Below are positions 1 through 11,351 of a DNA stretch of 64,000 nt, one piece after another. The stretch's first letter is position 1. Every line of letters starts with the position of its first letter. A program made the position numbers and the translations under genes. The notes below the pieces were generated by a model. It had not been told where the DNA came from. It searched no databases and was given only the letters and a program-made list of their open reading frames with translations. Source of the stretch: the human T2T-CHM13v2.0 reference genome, Homo sapiens. The stretch lies in NCBI RefSeq assembly GCF_009914755.1, contig NC_060947.1, one strand, 5' to 3'.

Positions 1-1215
1 TCTCAGTTGACTGAATTCTGTTTTTACTTGATTTTCTTTTTGACCGAAAGAGTTATTGCAAGAGAGACTACTTCTTGGTGTTTTAAGGAAGAGTGTAGTT
101 TAATTTTATGTTTAATTTGGCTCAAATAAAAATAAAGGTGTCTCCCTCTAGCACCACCAGACTTTTTCTCTCTGTACCTTATGATGTAAATTTTGCTATT
201 TGATTTTCACCTTAGTTGTTTCCTTTAATGTGCAAATTCAAGGCTATTTGGCTGACAACTGCCTTGGGTTGTGAAACAGGTTATCAAGAATCTGAAAGTC
301 TAAGTTAGGAAACAAAAAGAGGGTGGTTTTCATAAATCTATAAAATGTACTTCCATTGGTATGCCTAATATGCCTTTATATGTATTTATGTGTTTTGTAC
401 AAAATGTTTCACTACTAAAAGTATATAAAAGAGCTCTAGTTAACTGGCTTAAAAAAAATAAAAGTGCTTAAATCAGATACTAAAAAAAAACTACTCAAAT
501 GCTTTGTTGAGTTTATGTAACTTAAGTAAAATCTTTAGTAAATAAGCTAGCTTTAAGATTATTGGTAAAGTAATATTAGAAATGTCTTAAGAAATGCCAG
601 CATACATTTTTGTTTGCATTTATTAATCAAGCAAATTTCATACTTATCCCTGTCAAATACTATAAGGTGTCAAAATTTGGCATAGGGGTTACAAAACTAT
701 AAAGCGAGCCCCAAACAGAATGATCTCTGCTTGTGTAATTTTTAATCAATAAGACATTGATATAGGTTTAATGAAAATAGCTGCATCTTGAATTTAGTAA
801 GATTACTATAACTTCTAATCTTATAGCTTTAGGCAGTCTGGTCCACAGAAAATAAGGAGGTTTATTTTGAGAAAAGACTGTTATCATCTTTGTTTCAAAG
901 CAAAACTGTAAACTAAGTTTCTCCCAAAGTTAGTTTGGCATATGTCAAGGAATGAACAAGGACAGGTTGGAGGTTAAGAGCAAGATGGAGAGAGTTAGGG
1001 CAAATCTTTTTTCACTGTCTCAGTTATAATTTTGCAATGACAGCTTCATAACTACTATCGCAGTTTTCATAAATAATCTAGGTAAGCAATTAAAATAATT
1101 AGGTAAATGTAATGGGATAAATACTTGTAGACTGGTCATAATTTAGAATATAAAGTTAAATTAAATAATAGATATTTCATTATTTGTGTATTTTCCAATA
1201 AATATATATTGTAGG
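1..1215 (+). mobile_element. AT-rich ERV1 (MER4-group-like) internal sequence, interrupted by HERV-H; resumes at 4317
   Basis: Non-coding AT-rich sequence with motifs recalled from MER4-group internal regions (e.g. ttaggtaaatgtaatgggataaatacttgtagac). Reads continuously across the HERV-H TSD. Family and strand not firmly resolved. Confidence 0.5.
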
Positions 1216-1622
1216 TTTCACTTGCATCCCTGTGAAGAGACCACCCAACAGGCTTTGTGTGAGCAACAAGGCTGTTTATTTCACCTGGGTGCAGGTGGGC
1301 TGAGTCCAAAAAGAGAGTCAGCGAAGGGAGATATGGGTGGGGCCGTTTTATAGGATTTGGGTAGGTAGTGGAAAATTACAGTCAAAGGGGGTTGTTCTCT
1401 GGTGGGCAGGGGTGGGGGACACAAGGTGTCGGTGCTCAGTAGGGGAGCTTTTGAGCCAGGATGAGCCAGGAGAAGGAATTTCACAAGGTAATGTCATCAG
1501 TTAAGACAGGAGCAGGCCATTTTAACTTCTTTTCTGATTCTTCAGTTATTTCAGGCCATCTGGATGTATACCTGCAGGTCACAGGGGATATGATGGCTTA
1601 GCTTGGGCTCAGAGGCCTGACA
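1216..1622 (-). mobile_element. HERV-H 3' LTR (LTR7 family)
   Basis: Matches LTR7 along its length, with TATA-like CCTATAAAA and AATAAA on the minus strand. Preceded on the minus strand by the polypurine tract AAGAAGACAAGAA (1623-1635). Confidence 0.95.
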
Positions 1623-1845
1623 TTCTTGTCTTCTTATATTAATAAGAAAAATACCATAAAATAGTGTTGAAGTGTTGGGGCAGCAAAAATTTTGGGGGTG
1701 GTATGGAGAGATAATGGGCGATGTTTCTCAGGACTGCTTCGAGCGGGATTAGGGACAGCGTGGGAACCTAGAGTGGGAGAGATTAAGCTGAAGGAAGATT
1801 TTGTGGTAAGAGACAATATTGTGGGGTTGTTAAAAGGAGCATTTG

Positions 1846-2076
1846 TCATATGGAATGATTGATAATGGCCTGGATGTGGTTTTGTATGAATTGAGAAACT
1901 AAATGGAAGACACAAGGTCCGAATAAGAGAAGGAGAAAAACAGGTATTAAAGGACTAAGAATTGGGAGGACCCAGGACATCCAACTAGAGAGTGTCCAAA
2001 GGGGTTCAGTGTAATTACTTGTTTGGTTGGTGAGTTTTGGGGCTCTATTCTTGACAGAGTCCTTTTGCAAGAGCAA
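1846..2076 (-). pseudogene. env: HERV-H env remnant (TM membrane anchor and cytoplasmic tail)
   Basis: Translation WMSWVLPILSPLIPVFLLLLFGPCVFHLVSQFIQ is a typical gammaretroviral TM anchor, located just upstream of the PPT. Confidence 0.85.
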
Positions 2077-2084
2077 GGGCTTGA

Positions 2085-2485
2085 GTTAAGGCAATGAGTT
2101 TGTCTTGTTGAGAGGTAGTGGAAGGGGGCAGAGCGGTAGCCTCAATGACAGGTGTGGAAGATACTACAGCATAGCCTGCCTTTGCTAGTGAGTGGTGATT
2201 AGGCCTGGTGGAACTGCCATCAATAAACCAAGTGTGTTCAGGGTGAGGGACAGGAAAGAAGGAATATGGGGAAATGGAGTGAATGTCAGGTGGATCAGAG
2301 AGATACAGTCATGGGGGTCAGGTGTGGTATCTGGAGTAATATGGGAGGCCACACTGAAGTCCGGGCCAGGAACAGTGATAACTGGGAGACTCAACAAAGA
2401 GTAACTATTGCTGAAGGAGCCAGGGAGCAGAAAGTATATGCATCAGGTAGGAGGAAGAAAATAGATTTTGGAAGTTATGAGAGCT
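2085..2485 (-). pseudogene. pol: HERV-H pol remnant (tether/RNase H region)
   Basis: Minus-strand translation fragments PHDCISLIHLTFTPFPHI and ..WFIDGSS..AKAGYAVVS..TTSQQ; frameshifted. Confidence 0.75.
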
Positions 2486-2708
2486 TGAGGGAAGAGAGAC
2501 CTTCTCATATTGTTTTATATTGTTTTATACTCAGTACCTGTTTTAAGAAAAAACAACAAGAAAGTAAAACCAAAGACAGGCAGCCCAGCACCAGGCCCAA
2601 AACCAGGATTGGGCCTGCCTGGCCTAAACCCAGTAGTTAGAAATCAACTCATAACTTAGAAACCAATGTTATTCATAGATTCCGGACATTGTAGAAAAGA
2701 ACATTGTG
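2486..2708 (+). mobile_element. 5' half of an LTR2B-like (HERV-E/Harlequin group) LTR inside HERV-H, opposite orientation
   Basis: Begins TGAGGGAAGAGAGACCTTCTCATATTGTTTTATATTG, as recalled for the LTR2B start. Ends abruptly at AAGAACATTGTG, where HERV-H gag resumes. Confidence 0.75.
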
Positions 2709-3162
2709 GGACCTGGCTCGGCCTGGCGAGGAGCAGCCTGGGGAGGAGGGGAGAGGTCAGATGGGTCTGTAGAAAAGGAAGATTGGAAAGACTCAGCAAC
2801 GCTTGGGGTTGGGACTGAGGGGACAGGCAGGAGGGAAAGAAGCAAGATTTGGGACAAGATGCATTGGGAACAGAGACTAGGGAGGAACCGATGTGTAAAA
2901 GAATGCCTGGACGTCAGGCACCTCAGACCCATTTGCCCATTTTTTGACAAAAATCATTCAGGTCCTGTAGGATGGAAAAATTGAAAGTGCCATTTTCTGG
3001 CTATTTGGAACCATTGTCAAGTTTGTATTGGAGTTAAGTGGCATTGCAGAAGAAAATAAGGCATTTAGGTTTCGGGTCAGGTGTGAGTTGAAGAGGTTTT
3101 AAGTTTTCGAGAACACAGGCTAAGGGAGAAGAGGGAGGAGTGGAGGGTGGAAGGTTGCCCAT
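2709..3162 (-). pseudogene. gag: HERV-H gag 5' remnant (matrix region)
   Basis: ATG at 3162 gives MGNLPPSTPPSSPLACVLENLKPLQLTPDPKPKCLIFFCNAT*, then LQYKLDNGSK*PENGT..; in-frame stops present. Confidence 0.85.
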
Positions 3163-3177
3163 AGTGAAGGAGGCAAG

Positions 3178-3371
3178 GGGTGGGAGGTTCTTGCCCCCTA
3201 GGAAAGTGGAAAAGGGGTGGATAGAGACATGGAGAGAAGGGGTTGGGGGTGCTTGCCCCCCAGGAAAGTGGAAAAGGGGTGGGTAGAGACATGGAGAGAA
3301 GGGGTTGGGGGTGCTTGCCCCCCAGGAAAGTGGAGAAGGGTTGGGTAGAGACACGGGGAGAAGGGGTTGGG
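3178..3371. repeat. ~61-bp G-rich tandem repeat (3 units) in the HERV-H pre-gag leader
   Basis: Unit approximately GGGGTTGGGGGTGCTTGCCCCCCAGGAAAGTGGAAAAGGGGTGGGTAGAGACATGGAGAGAA, seen three times. Confidence 0.9.
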
Positions 3372-3765
3372 TGAGCAGCCCTAGGCTGCAATGTGGGTGA
3401 GCAGCCAAAGCAGGCGTCCCCACAATTGACTTGCCACCAAGGGAATGTGGGTGAATGACCAAGGCAGACATCCCCGTGGTGATCAGACACCAATGAAATG
3501 TGGGTGAATAATCAGGCAGGCGTCCTTGTGTGATTAAACACCAAGGGAAGACTGTCTTCCCGAGTCCGTGACTGGCGCCAGAGTTTTGGGTCCACGGATA
3601 AAACATGTCTCCTTTATCTCTACCAGAAAAGGAAAGAACTGAAATTAAGAGAAGGGAAAGATTGAATTTAAGAGAAGGGAGAGATTGAAGTGTGGTGCCA
3701 AGATTGAAAGGAGAAAGAGGTTGAGGGATAGTGAGAGAGGTTGGAGAGGAGAGTAAAAAGAGGCT

Positions 3766-3774
3766 GCTTACCGG
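3766..3774 (-). promoter_or_regulatory. HERV-H major splice donor
   Basis: Minus-strand CCG|GTAAGC about 140 nt downstream of the 5' LTR, the expected position of the HERV-H leader donor. Confidence 0.75.
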
Positions 3775-3894
3775 ATTTAAAATTGGTGAGATGTTCCTTG
3801 GGCTGGTTCTGAGGACCAGAGGTTGTAGGTGGATCTTTCTCATGGAGCAAAGAGCAGGAAGACAGGGGATTGATCTCCCAAGGGAGGTCCCCCA

Positions 3895-3912
3895 ATCCGA
3901 GTCACGGCACCA
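3895..3912 (-). promoter_or_regulatory. Primer-binding site, tRNA-His
   Basis: Minus strand TGGTGCCGTGACTCGGAT, 2 nt from the 5' LTR end. Confidence 0.95.
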
Positions 3913-3914
3913 AA

Positions 3915-4316
3915 TTTCACTCATGTCCATGTGAAGAGACCACCAAACAGGGTTTGTCTGAGCAACAAGACTGTTTATTTCACCTGGGTGCAGGTGGGCT
4001 GAGTCCAAAAAGAGAGTCAGTAAAGGGAGATAGGGGTGGGGCCATTTTATAGGATTTGGGTAAGTAGTGGAAAATTACAGTCAAAGGGGGTTGTTCTCTG
4101 GTGGGCAGGGGCAGGGGGACACAAGGTGCCCAGTGGGGGAGCTTTTGAGCCAGGATGAGCCAGGAGAAGGAATTTCACAAGGTAATGTCATCAGTTAAGG
4201 CAGAAACAGGTCATTTTAACTTCTTTTGTGATTCTTCAGTTACTTCAGGCCATCTGTATGTATACCTGCAGGTCACGGGGGATATGATGGCTTAGCTTGG
4301 GCTCAGAGGCCTGACA
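3915..4316 (-). mobile_element. HERV-H 5' LTR (LTR7 family), promoter facing left
   Basis: Direct repeat of 1216-1622 (about 25 substitutions plus small indels by eye, many at CpGs); followed by the PBS. Confidence 0.95.
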
Positions 4317-4687
4317 GTAGGAAAACATTCTTGCTAAAGAGAAAAAAACTGTGTGTGTGTGCGTGTGTTTTTTAAAGGTGAACAAGTTTTGTCTGATTCA
4401 AAGCTTATTTAAGGTTATACATAAAACAAGATAAAAGGAACTAGGAATAAAAAAGATGTAAAGAAAGTCATAGGTATAAAGAGGTTTTTTTTTTTTGAGG
4501 TAAAAAGGCTTACAGAGAAATAATTGTATATAAGAAAGAATCTTGTATGGTAAATTTCATCCTAAAATAAAATAACTGGTTGTTTAAAAAGGAGGGATGT
4601 TCAGGACAAACCAGAATGTCTGAGCATGTCATGAACAGTCAGTGTAAGACACAATAAGAGGATTTATATATTGAAAAAAAACTATGA
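4317..4687 (+). mobile_element. Continuation of the ERV1 internal sequence from 1-1215
   Basis: Same AT-rich character; joins 1211-1215 across the TSD. Confidence 0.45.
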
Positions 4688-6964
4688 TCAAACATACACA
4701 AATCAATAAATGTAATCCTTCACATAAACACAACCAAAGACAAAAACCACATGATTATCTCAATAGATGCAGAAAAACACCTTTGCTAAAATTTAACATG
4801 CCTTCATGTTAAAAACTCTCAATAAACTAGGTATTGATGGAACATATCTCAAAATAATAAGAGCTATTTATGACAAGCCAACAGTCAATATCATAGTGAA
4901 TGGGCAAAAGCTGGAAGCAACTGGTACAAGACAAGGATGCCCTCTCACCACTCCTATTCAACATAGTATTGAAAGTTCTGTCCAAGGCAAACAGCCAAGG
5001 GAAAAAAAAGAAAGTATATTCAAATAGGAAGAGAGTAAGTCAAATTGTCTCTAGAGATGACATAATTCTATATTTAGAAAACCCCGTATCTCAGCCCCAA
5101 AACTCCTTAAGCTGAAAGCAACTACAGCAAAGTCTCAGGATACAAAATCAACGTGCAAAAATCACAAGCATTTCTTTACACCAACAATAGACAAGCAGAG
5201 AGCCAAATCATAAATGAACTCCCATTCACAATTCCTACAAAAAGAATAAAATACCTAAGAATACAAGGGATGTGAAGGACCTCTTCAAGGAGAACTACCA
5301 ACCACTGCTCGAGGAAATAAGAGAGGACACAAACAAGTGGGAAAAAATTCCATGTTCATGGATAGGAAGAATCAATATTGTGAAAATGGCCATACTGCCC
5401 AAGGTAATTCATAGATTCAATGCTGTTCCCATCAAACTGCCACTGACATTCTTCACAGAATTAGAAAGATCTACTTTAAATTTCATATGGAATCAAAGAA
5501 GACCCTATATAGCCATGACAATCCTAAGCAAAAAGAACAAAGCTGGAGGCATCACACTACCTGACTTCAAACTATACTACAAGGCTACAGTAACCAAAAC
5601 AGCATGGTACTGCTACCAAAACAGACACCAATGGAACAGAACAGAGACCTCAGAAATAACACCACAAATCTACAACCGTCTGATCTTTGACAGACCTGAC
5701 AAAAACAAACAATGGGAAAATGATCTCCTATTTGATAAATGGTGCCAGGAAAACTGGCTAGCCATATGCAGAAAACTGAAGCTGTACCCCTTCCTTATAC
5801 CTTATACATAAATTAACTTTAGATGGATTAAATACTTGAATGTAAGTCCCAAACCATAAAAAGCCCTAGAAGAAAACCTAGGCAATACCATTCAGGACAT
5901 AGGCATGGGCAAAGACTTCATGACAAAAACTCCAAAAGCAATTCAACAAAAGACAAAATTGACAAATGTGATCTAATTAAACTAAAGAGCTTCTGCACAG
6001 CAAAAGAAACTAGCATCAGAGTGAACAGGCAACCTACAGAATGGGAGAAAATATTTGCAGTCTACCCATCTGACAGAGGTCTAATATCCAGAATTTACAA
6101 GGAATTTAAATAAATTTACAAGAAAAAACGCCATCAAAAAGTGGGCAAAGGATATGCACAGACACTTTTCAAAAGAAGACATTTACATGGCCAAGAAATA
6201 TATTTTTAAAAAAAGCTCAACCTCACTGATCATTAGAGAAATGCAAATCAAAACCACAATTAGATGCTATCTCACGCCAGTCAGAATGGCAATTATTAAA
6301 AAGTCAAGAAACAACAGATGATGGCGAGGCTGTGGAGAAATAGGAAAGCTTTTACCCTGTTGGTGGGACTATAAATTAGTTCAACCATTGTGGAAGATAG
6401 TATGATGATATCTCAAGGGTCTAGAACCAGAAATACCGTTTGACCCAGCAATCCCATTACTGGGTATATACCCAAGGGAATATAAATTATTCTACTACAA
6501 AGACACAGGCACATGTATGTTTATTGCAGCACTATTTACAATAGCAAAGTCATGGAACCAGTCCAAATACTCATCAGTGATAGACTGGATAAAGAAAATG
6601 TGTTGTTGCATATACACCATGGAATACTATGCAGCCATGAAAAGAAATGAGATCATATCCTTTGCAGGAACATGGATGAAGCTGGAAGCCATTGTCCTCA
6701 GCAAACTAACACAGGAACAGAAAACCAAACACTACATGTTTTCACTCAGAAGTGAGAGTTGAACAATGAGAACCCATGGACACAGGGAGGGGAACAGCAC
6801 ATACCAGGGCCTGTTGTGGGGTGGGGGGCCAGGGGAGGGAACTTAGAGGACAAGTCAATAGGTGCAGCAAACCACCATGGCACAATATGCCTATGTAACA
6901 AAACTGCATGTTCTGCACGTATATCCCAGAACTTAAAGTAAAATAAAAATAAAATAAAATAAAA
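4688..6964 (+). mobile_element. 5'-truncated older L1PA element (RT region to 3' UTR and A-rich tail)
   Basis: ORF2 fragments ([18 protein letters not shown]; [21 protein letters not shown]), G-rich 3' UTR and an (AAAAT)n tail. Many stops and frameshifts. No TSD found. Confidence 0.93.
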
Positions 6965-7225
6965 GGGCTTGTTAAAGGGAGCTTATTTCTTTTTGCCCTT
7001 CTGTCTTCTGCCATGGGAGGACACAGTGTTTCCACCCTCCAGAGAATGCAGTGTTTAAGATACCATCTTGGAAGCAGAGAGCAGCCCTCACCTGACACTG
7101 AACCTGCCGGCACCTTGATTTTCGACTTCCCAATCTCCAGGCCAGTAAGAAATAAATTTCTGTTCTTTAAAATTTACTTAGTCTCAAATAGTGTGTTATA
7201 AAGCAGTACAAAATAAGCTAAGACA
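6965..7225 (+). mobile_element. MaLR LTR 3' half (MSTC/MSTD-like)
   Basis: ccatcttggaagcagagagcagccctcacc...aataaatttctgttcttt...ctaagaca end. Confidence 0.7.
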
Positions 7226-7446
7226 ATGGAAGTGATGCTTCTATAGCCAAGGAACACAGAAAACTGCAGGAAACCACCAGAAGCTGGGGGAAGGGAATGG
7301 AATAGGTTCTTCCTTATAGCCCTCAGAAGAAACCAGCCTGCTGGTAACTTTATCTTGGACTTCTAGTACCCAGAACTAAAAGGCAATACATTTCTGTTGT
7401 TTAGGTCAGCCAACTTGTGGTGCTTTGTTCTGAGAGCACTAATACA
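7226..7446 (+). mobile_element. MaLR LTR 3' part (MLT1B/C-like)
   Basis: agccaaggaa..ccaccagaagctgg..cctcagaagaaaccagcctgct..ctaataca. Confidence 0.7.
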
Positions 7447-7526
7447 GTTGGGGGAAATGGACTGTCAATAAATGGTGCTGAAATAAGTAGCTGATCATTT
7501 GGAGAAATTAATCAGGTATTTACCTC

Positions 7527-8040
7527 GAAGAAGAAGAAGAAGAAGCAGAAATAAAGAAGAAAGAAGAAGAGGAAGTGTCAGGCCTCTGAGCCCAAGCTAA
7601 GCCATCATATCCCCTGTGACCTGCACGTACACATCCATATGGCCGGTTCCTGCCTTAACTGATGACATTCCACCACAGAAGAAGTGAAAATGGTCTGTTC
7701 CTGCCTTAACTGATGACATTACCTTGTGAAATTCCTTCTCCTGGTTCTTCCTGGCTCAAAAGCTCTCCCACTGAGGACCTTGTGACCCCCACCCTTGCCC
7801 GCCAGAGAACAACCCCCCTTTGACTGTAATTTTCCTTTACCTACCCAAATCTTACAAAATGGCCCCACCCCATCTCCCTTCACTGACTCTCTTTTAGGAC
7901 TCAGCCCACCTGCACCCAGATGAAATAAACAGCCTTGTTGCTCACACAAAGCCTGTTTGGTGGGCTCTTCACACGGACACGAGTGACACAAGTGAAAGGA
8001 AGAGGAAGAGGAGGAGAAGGAGGAGGAAGAGGAAGAGGAA
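7527..8040. repeat. (GAA)n/(GAG)n purine-rich microsatellite, split by a solo LTR7
   Basis: GAA repeats at 7527-7575 and GAG/GAA repeats at 7998-8040. Confidence 0.85.
7576..7997 (+). mobile_element. Solo LTR7-family (HERV-H) LTR
   Basis: TGTCAGGCCTCTGAGCCC...GTGAAA; TSD GGAAG at 7571-7575 and 7998-8002; two copies of the gttcctgccttaactgatgacatt repeat. Confidence 0.96.
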
Positions 8041-8049
8041 ACAACTATT

Positions 8050-8392
8050 AGGGTTATTGCAGGTAAATCCCATGAAATCAATAGTTTTCCTAGAAACATA
8101 GGAGTTTCTTACTCTCAAGAGTCCACACTCAGCCTCCAGAAATGCATCAAAATCACAGTTGAAGTGTTTCTAACAGTGTATCACTTCAGCAGTTTCTGCT
8201 TCGGGTAGCCATATATCGGTTGTTACTCTGGATTCACTTCTCTCTCCAAACATTGGGGTGGCACTTTGCCCTGCAACTTCAGTTTTGGATGGATCTGAGT
8301 AGTAATTGATTTTTAGTTTGTTCAGTTTTTTCTTGTACAGATGGTAGTAACAACTTCCAATCTCTTCGCATGTCAAAGATAAAACCAGAATA
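8050..8392 (-). mobile_element. Ancient L1M 5'-end fragment
   Basis: Resembles recalled L1M 5' end (tttgccctgcaacttcagtt..ttgatttttagtttgttcag..aacttccaatctctt). Confidence 0.45.
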
Positions 8393-8414
8393 TTAATATT
8401 TTATGCAGGTTGAT

Positions 8415-9030
8415 GGTTTCCTATTGTGTAAAAGATCATGTCAAAACTGAGTGGCATTAAAAAAAAATTGGATTTGTTACAATTTTATGGGTTGTGTGCT
8501 CAGGAATGAGAGAGCAAGATGGCTCATCTCTGCTCTACAATGACTGTGGCCTAAGCCGAGGTGGTTCAGATGACTGGAGATGGCTAGCAGAACTTCACCA
8601 AGACCACATATCTCAGGCCTCAGTTTTAGACATTGGCTAGTGTCCTTACTTCTTTTTTCAAGTCATGTCTGCTGGGTCTGGAGTGACTTTGATGGTTTTT
8701 TTTCACTCACAATTCTGGTGCCTGAGCTAGACTGGCTGGATGATAGATCTGTCCGGGTTTTTCTCTCTCTCTCTCACTCCATCACCTCTTCACATGATTC
8801 ATTTGAAATTCCTAACAGCATAATAGTCTCAATGCATTTGGACCTCTTACATCCTGGTGGCCAGGTTCCCCCAGAGAAAATCTCCCAAGAGATCTAGAGA
8901 GTTATAAATATTCTCATTACTTAACCTTGGATGCCCCACAATGTGATAGTATGTGGTCTAGATTCAAGGGGAAGAGCATTAGTCTCTATTTTTCAACAGA
9001 AAAAGTAGCAAAGAATTTGGGACTTTGTGT
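8415..9030 (-). mobile_element. Old MLT1-type MaLR LTR
   Basis: aaaactgagtggc..ggctcatctctgctc..ctagattcaagggga..gcaaagaattt motifs. Confidence 0.5.
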
Positions 9031-9332
9031 AATTAGAATCCAGAACAGAGAGATAAATATGTGAAAAAATTGTTCAGTGATATAGACAGTAAGTTGAGTG
9101 ACAAAACCATGTTTGCAACTGAAGTTTCAGAAGCAAATTTAAAAGAGCTAATGATTCATAGTTTTTTAGAATTTAAAAAATGAGCATTTTTACTGAAAAT
9201 ATACAAATATTAAGGTATATAAAAATAAATGTAAATGTATACCTTAGCCCATTAAGGTGAAACTCCAAATTGTCAGGAATAAAGAAAAATTTTCAATGAC
9301 CAGACACAAAAGACAACCTACAAAAAATGTTA

Positions 9333-10120
9333 AATTGCAATAAACATGGATGTGCAGATATCTCTTCAATATATTGATTTCCTTTCTTTTGGATATATAT
9401 CCAGTAGTGGGATTGCTGAATCACATAGTAGTTCTATTTTTAGTTTTTTTAGGAGCTTCCATATTGTTCTCTGTAGTAGCTGTATTAATGTTCATTGCCA
9501 CCAGCAATGTATGAGGATTCCCCTTTCTCCTTTTTTGCATTCGTTATTGCCTGTCTTTTTGATAAAAAACATTTTAACTCAGGTGAGATGATACACATTT
9601 GAGTTTGATTTGCATTTCTCTGATGATCAATAATTTTGAGGATTTTTTCCTATACGCATTGGCCATTTGTATGTCTTCTTTTAAGAAATGACTATTCAGA
9701 TCTTTTGCCCATTTTTAAATCAGTTTTTTTTCCTATTCTTTGAGCTCCTTATATATTCTGCTTATTAATCCCTTGTCAGATGAGTAGTTTGCAAATATTT
9801 TCTGCTAGCCTGTAGGTTATCTTTTTACCTTATTGATTGTTTTCATTTCTATGCAAAACCTTTTTTGCTTGATGCGATCCTCTTTTTTCATTTTTGCTTT
9901 GGTTGCCTGTGGTTTTGACGTTATACTAAAAAACTTTACAATTATTTTATCGTCTTGCTGAATTGATCCTGTTATTGCTATGTAAGAACTTTGTCCCTTT
10001 TTATAGTTTTTATCTTGAAATCTAAGTATAGCTAGCCCTGCTTTCTTTCTGTTTATATTTGCAGAGAGTATTTTTTCCATCCCTTTGTTTTCAGTCTATG
10101 TGTGTCTTTATAGGTGGAGT
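9333..10120 (-). mobile_element. L1MA-type ORF2 fragments (C-terminal part joined to endonuclease part)
   Basis: Antisense L1 3' ORF2 sequence at 9333-9930, then EN-like translation ..KKAGLAIL..IAITGSIQQDD. Confidence 0.7.
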
Positions 10121-10129
10121 CAGTTTGAT

Positions 10130-11351
10130 ACAATTCTTTATTAATTGTTTCATGTAATTACTTTTAAAATCTGTTAATAAATGAAAGAATAAGAAATATG
10201 CAATTGTACCATATTTAAATTTACCTACATAATTACCATTACTGGCATTCTTTATTTTTTCATGAAGATTTTAATCACTGTCTGGTGTGACTTGCTTTCA
10301 GCCTAAAGAACTTTCTTTAGTATTTACTGTAAATAGATGTCTGCTAGCAACACATTCTCTCTCTCTCTCTCTTTCTGTATCTGGAAACGTATTTATTTTA
10401 CCTTCATTTTTCCAGAATAGTTTTGCTGAATATAGAAACATTGATTTAAAATGTTTTTCTTTCACACTTGAATATATTATCTCACTGCCTTCTACCCTTC
10501 ATGGTTTCGGATGAGATGTCAGTATTAATCTTATTAAAGTTTTCTTGTGCATGACAAGTAGTTTTCCTTTTGCTGCTTTCATGATTATCCTTGCTATTTC
10601 AGAGATTGGCTATTATGTATCTAGCTGGGTATCTTCTTCATTAAATATTTCTTGGAGTTCTTAAGCTTCTTGGATATCTAGACAGTGTTTTTCATCAATT
10701 TAGGAAGTTGTCAACCATTGTTCCCTCAAATATTATTTTTCCCCTTTTCCCCTTTCTTCTCCTTCTAGTATTCTTATTATACATATGTATGTGCACTTAA
10801 TGTTACTTTATATTTCTCTGTTCATTATTCTTTGTTTTCTTCAGATTGCATATTTTCTATTGTACTGTTTTTAAGTTCACTCATCCTCTTTTCTGCTGGC
10901 TCAAACCTGCTACTGAACTTTCCTAGTAAATTTTTTCTATTGGTTATTGTACTTCTCAATTTCAGAATTTCTATTTGGTTCCTAGAATTTATAGCTCATA
11001 TTTGGTATCTTTTGTGTGATGAGACAGTCAGCATACCCTCTTTTGCTTTGATTTGCTTTCCTTTAGTTCTGGGAGCATATTTATAGTAGCTGCTATGAAA
11101 TCTGATTTCTAAACCAAACATTTAGACCCCTCAAAAGCAGTTTTTTTTGTCTGCTCTTTTTGTGTGCATAGATCACATTCTCCTCTTTCCTTTAATCTCT
11201 CATACCTGTTTATTAAAAAGAGGACCTCTTAGGTAATACATTGTAGAAACTCTGGATACTTAACTCTTTCCACCCAGGAAGATAATATTGTTGTTTTTTG
11301 TGCTTGGTGATTTATTTATTTATTTAGTGATGGCTGAATTAATTCTGTGAA
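10130..11351 (-). mobile_element. Ancient L1M ORF1/5' region, host of the L1PA3 insertion; continues at 17724-18090
   Basis: T-rich antisense L1M ORF1-like sequence that reads through across the L1PA3 TSD. Confidence 0.55.

Larger units (their letters stand above)
1216..4316 (-). mobile_element. HERV-H provirus, internally deleted (~3.1 kb), two LTR7-family LTRs
   Basis: Two ~400-bp direct-repeat LTRs beginning TGTCAGGCCTCTGAGCCCAAGC on the minus strand. 5-bp TSD GTAGG at 1211-1215 and 4317-4321. tRNA-His PBS, PPT and gag/pol/env remnants present. Confidence 0.97.

Noticed and set aside
3178-3371. Regularly spaced repeats resembling an array
   Set aside because: Head-to-tail tandem repeat with no unique spacers, within the HERV-H leader; not CRISPR-like.
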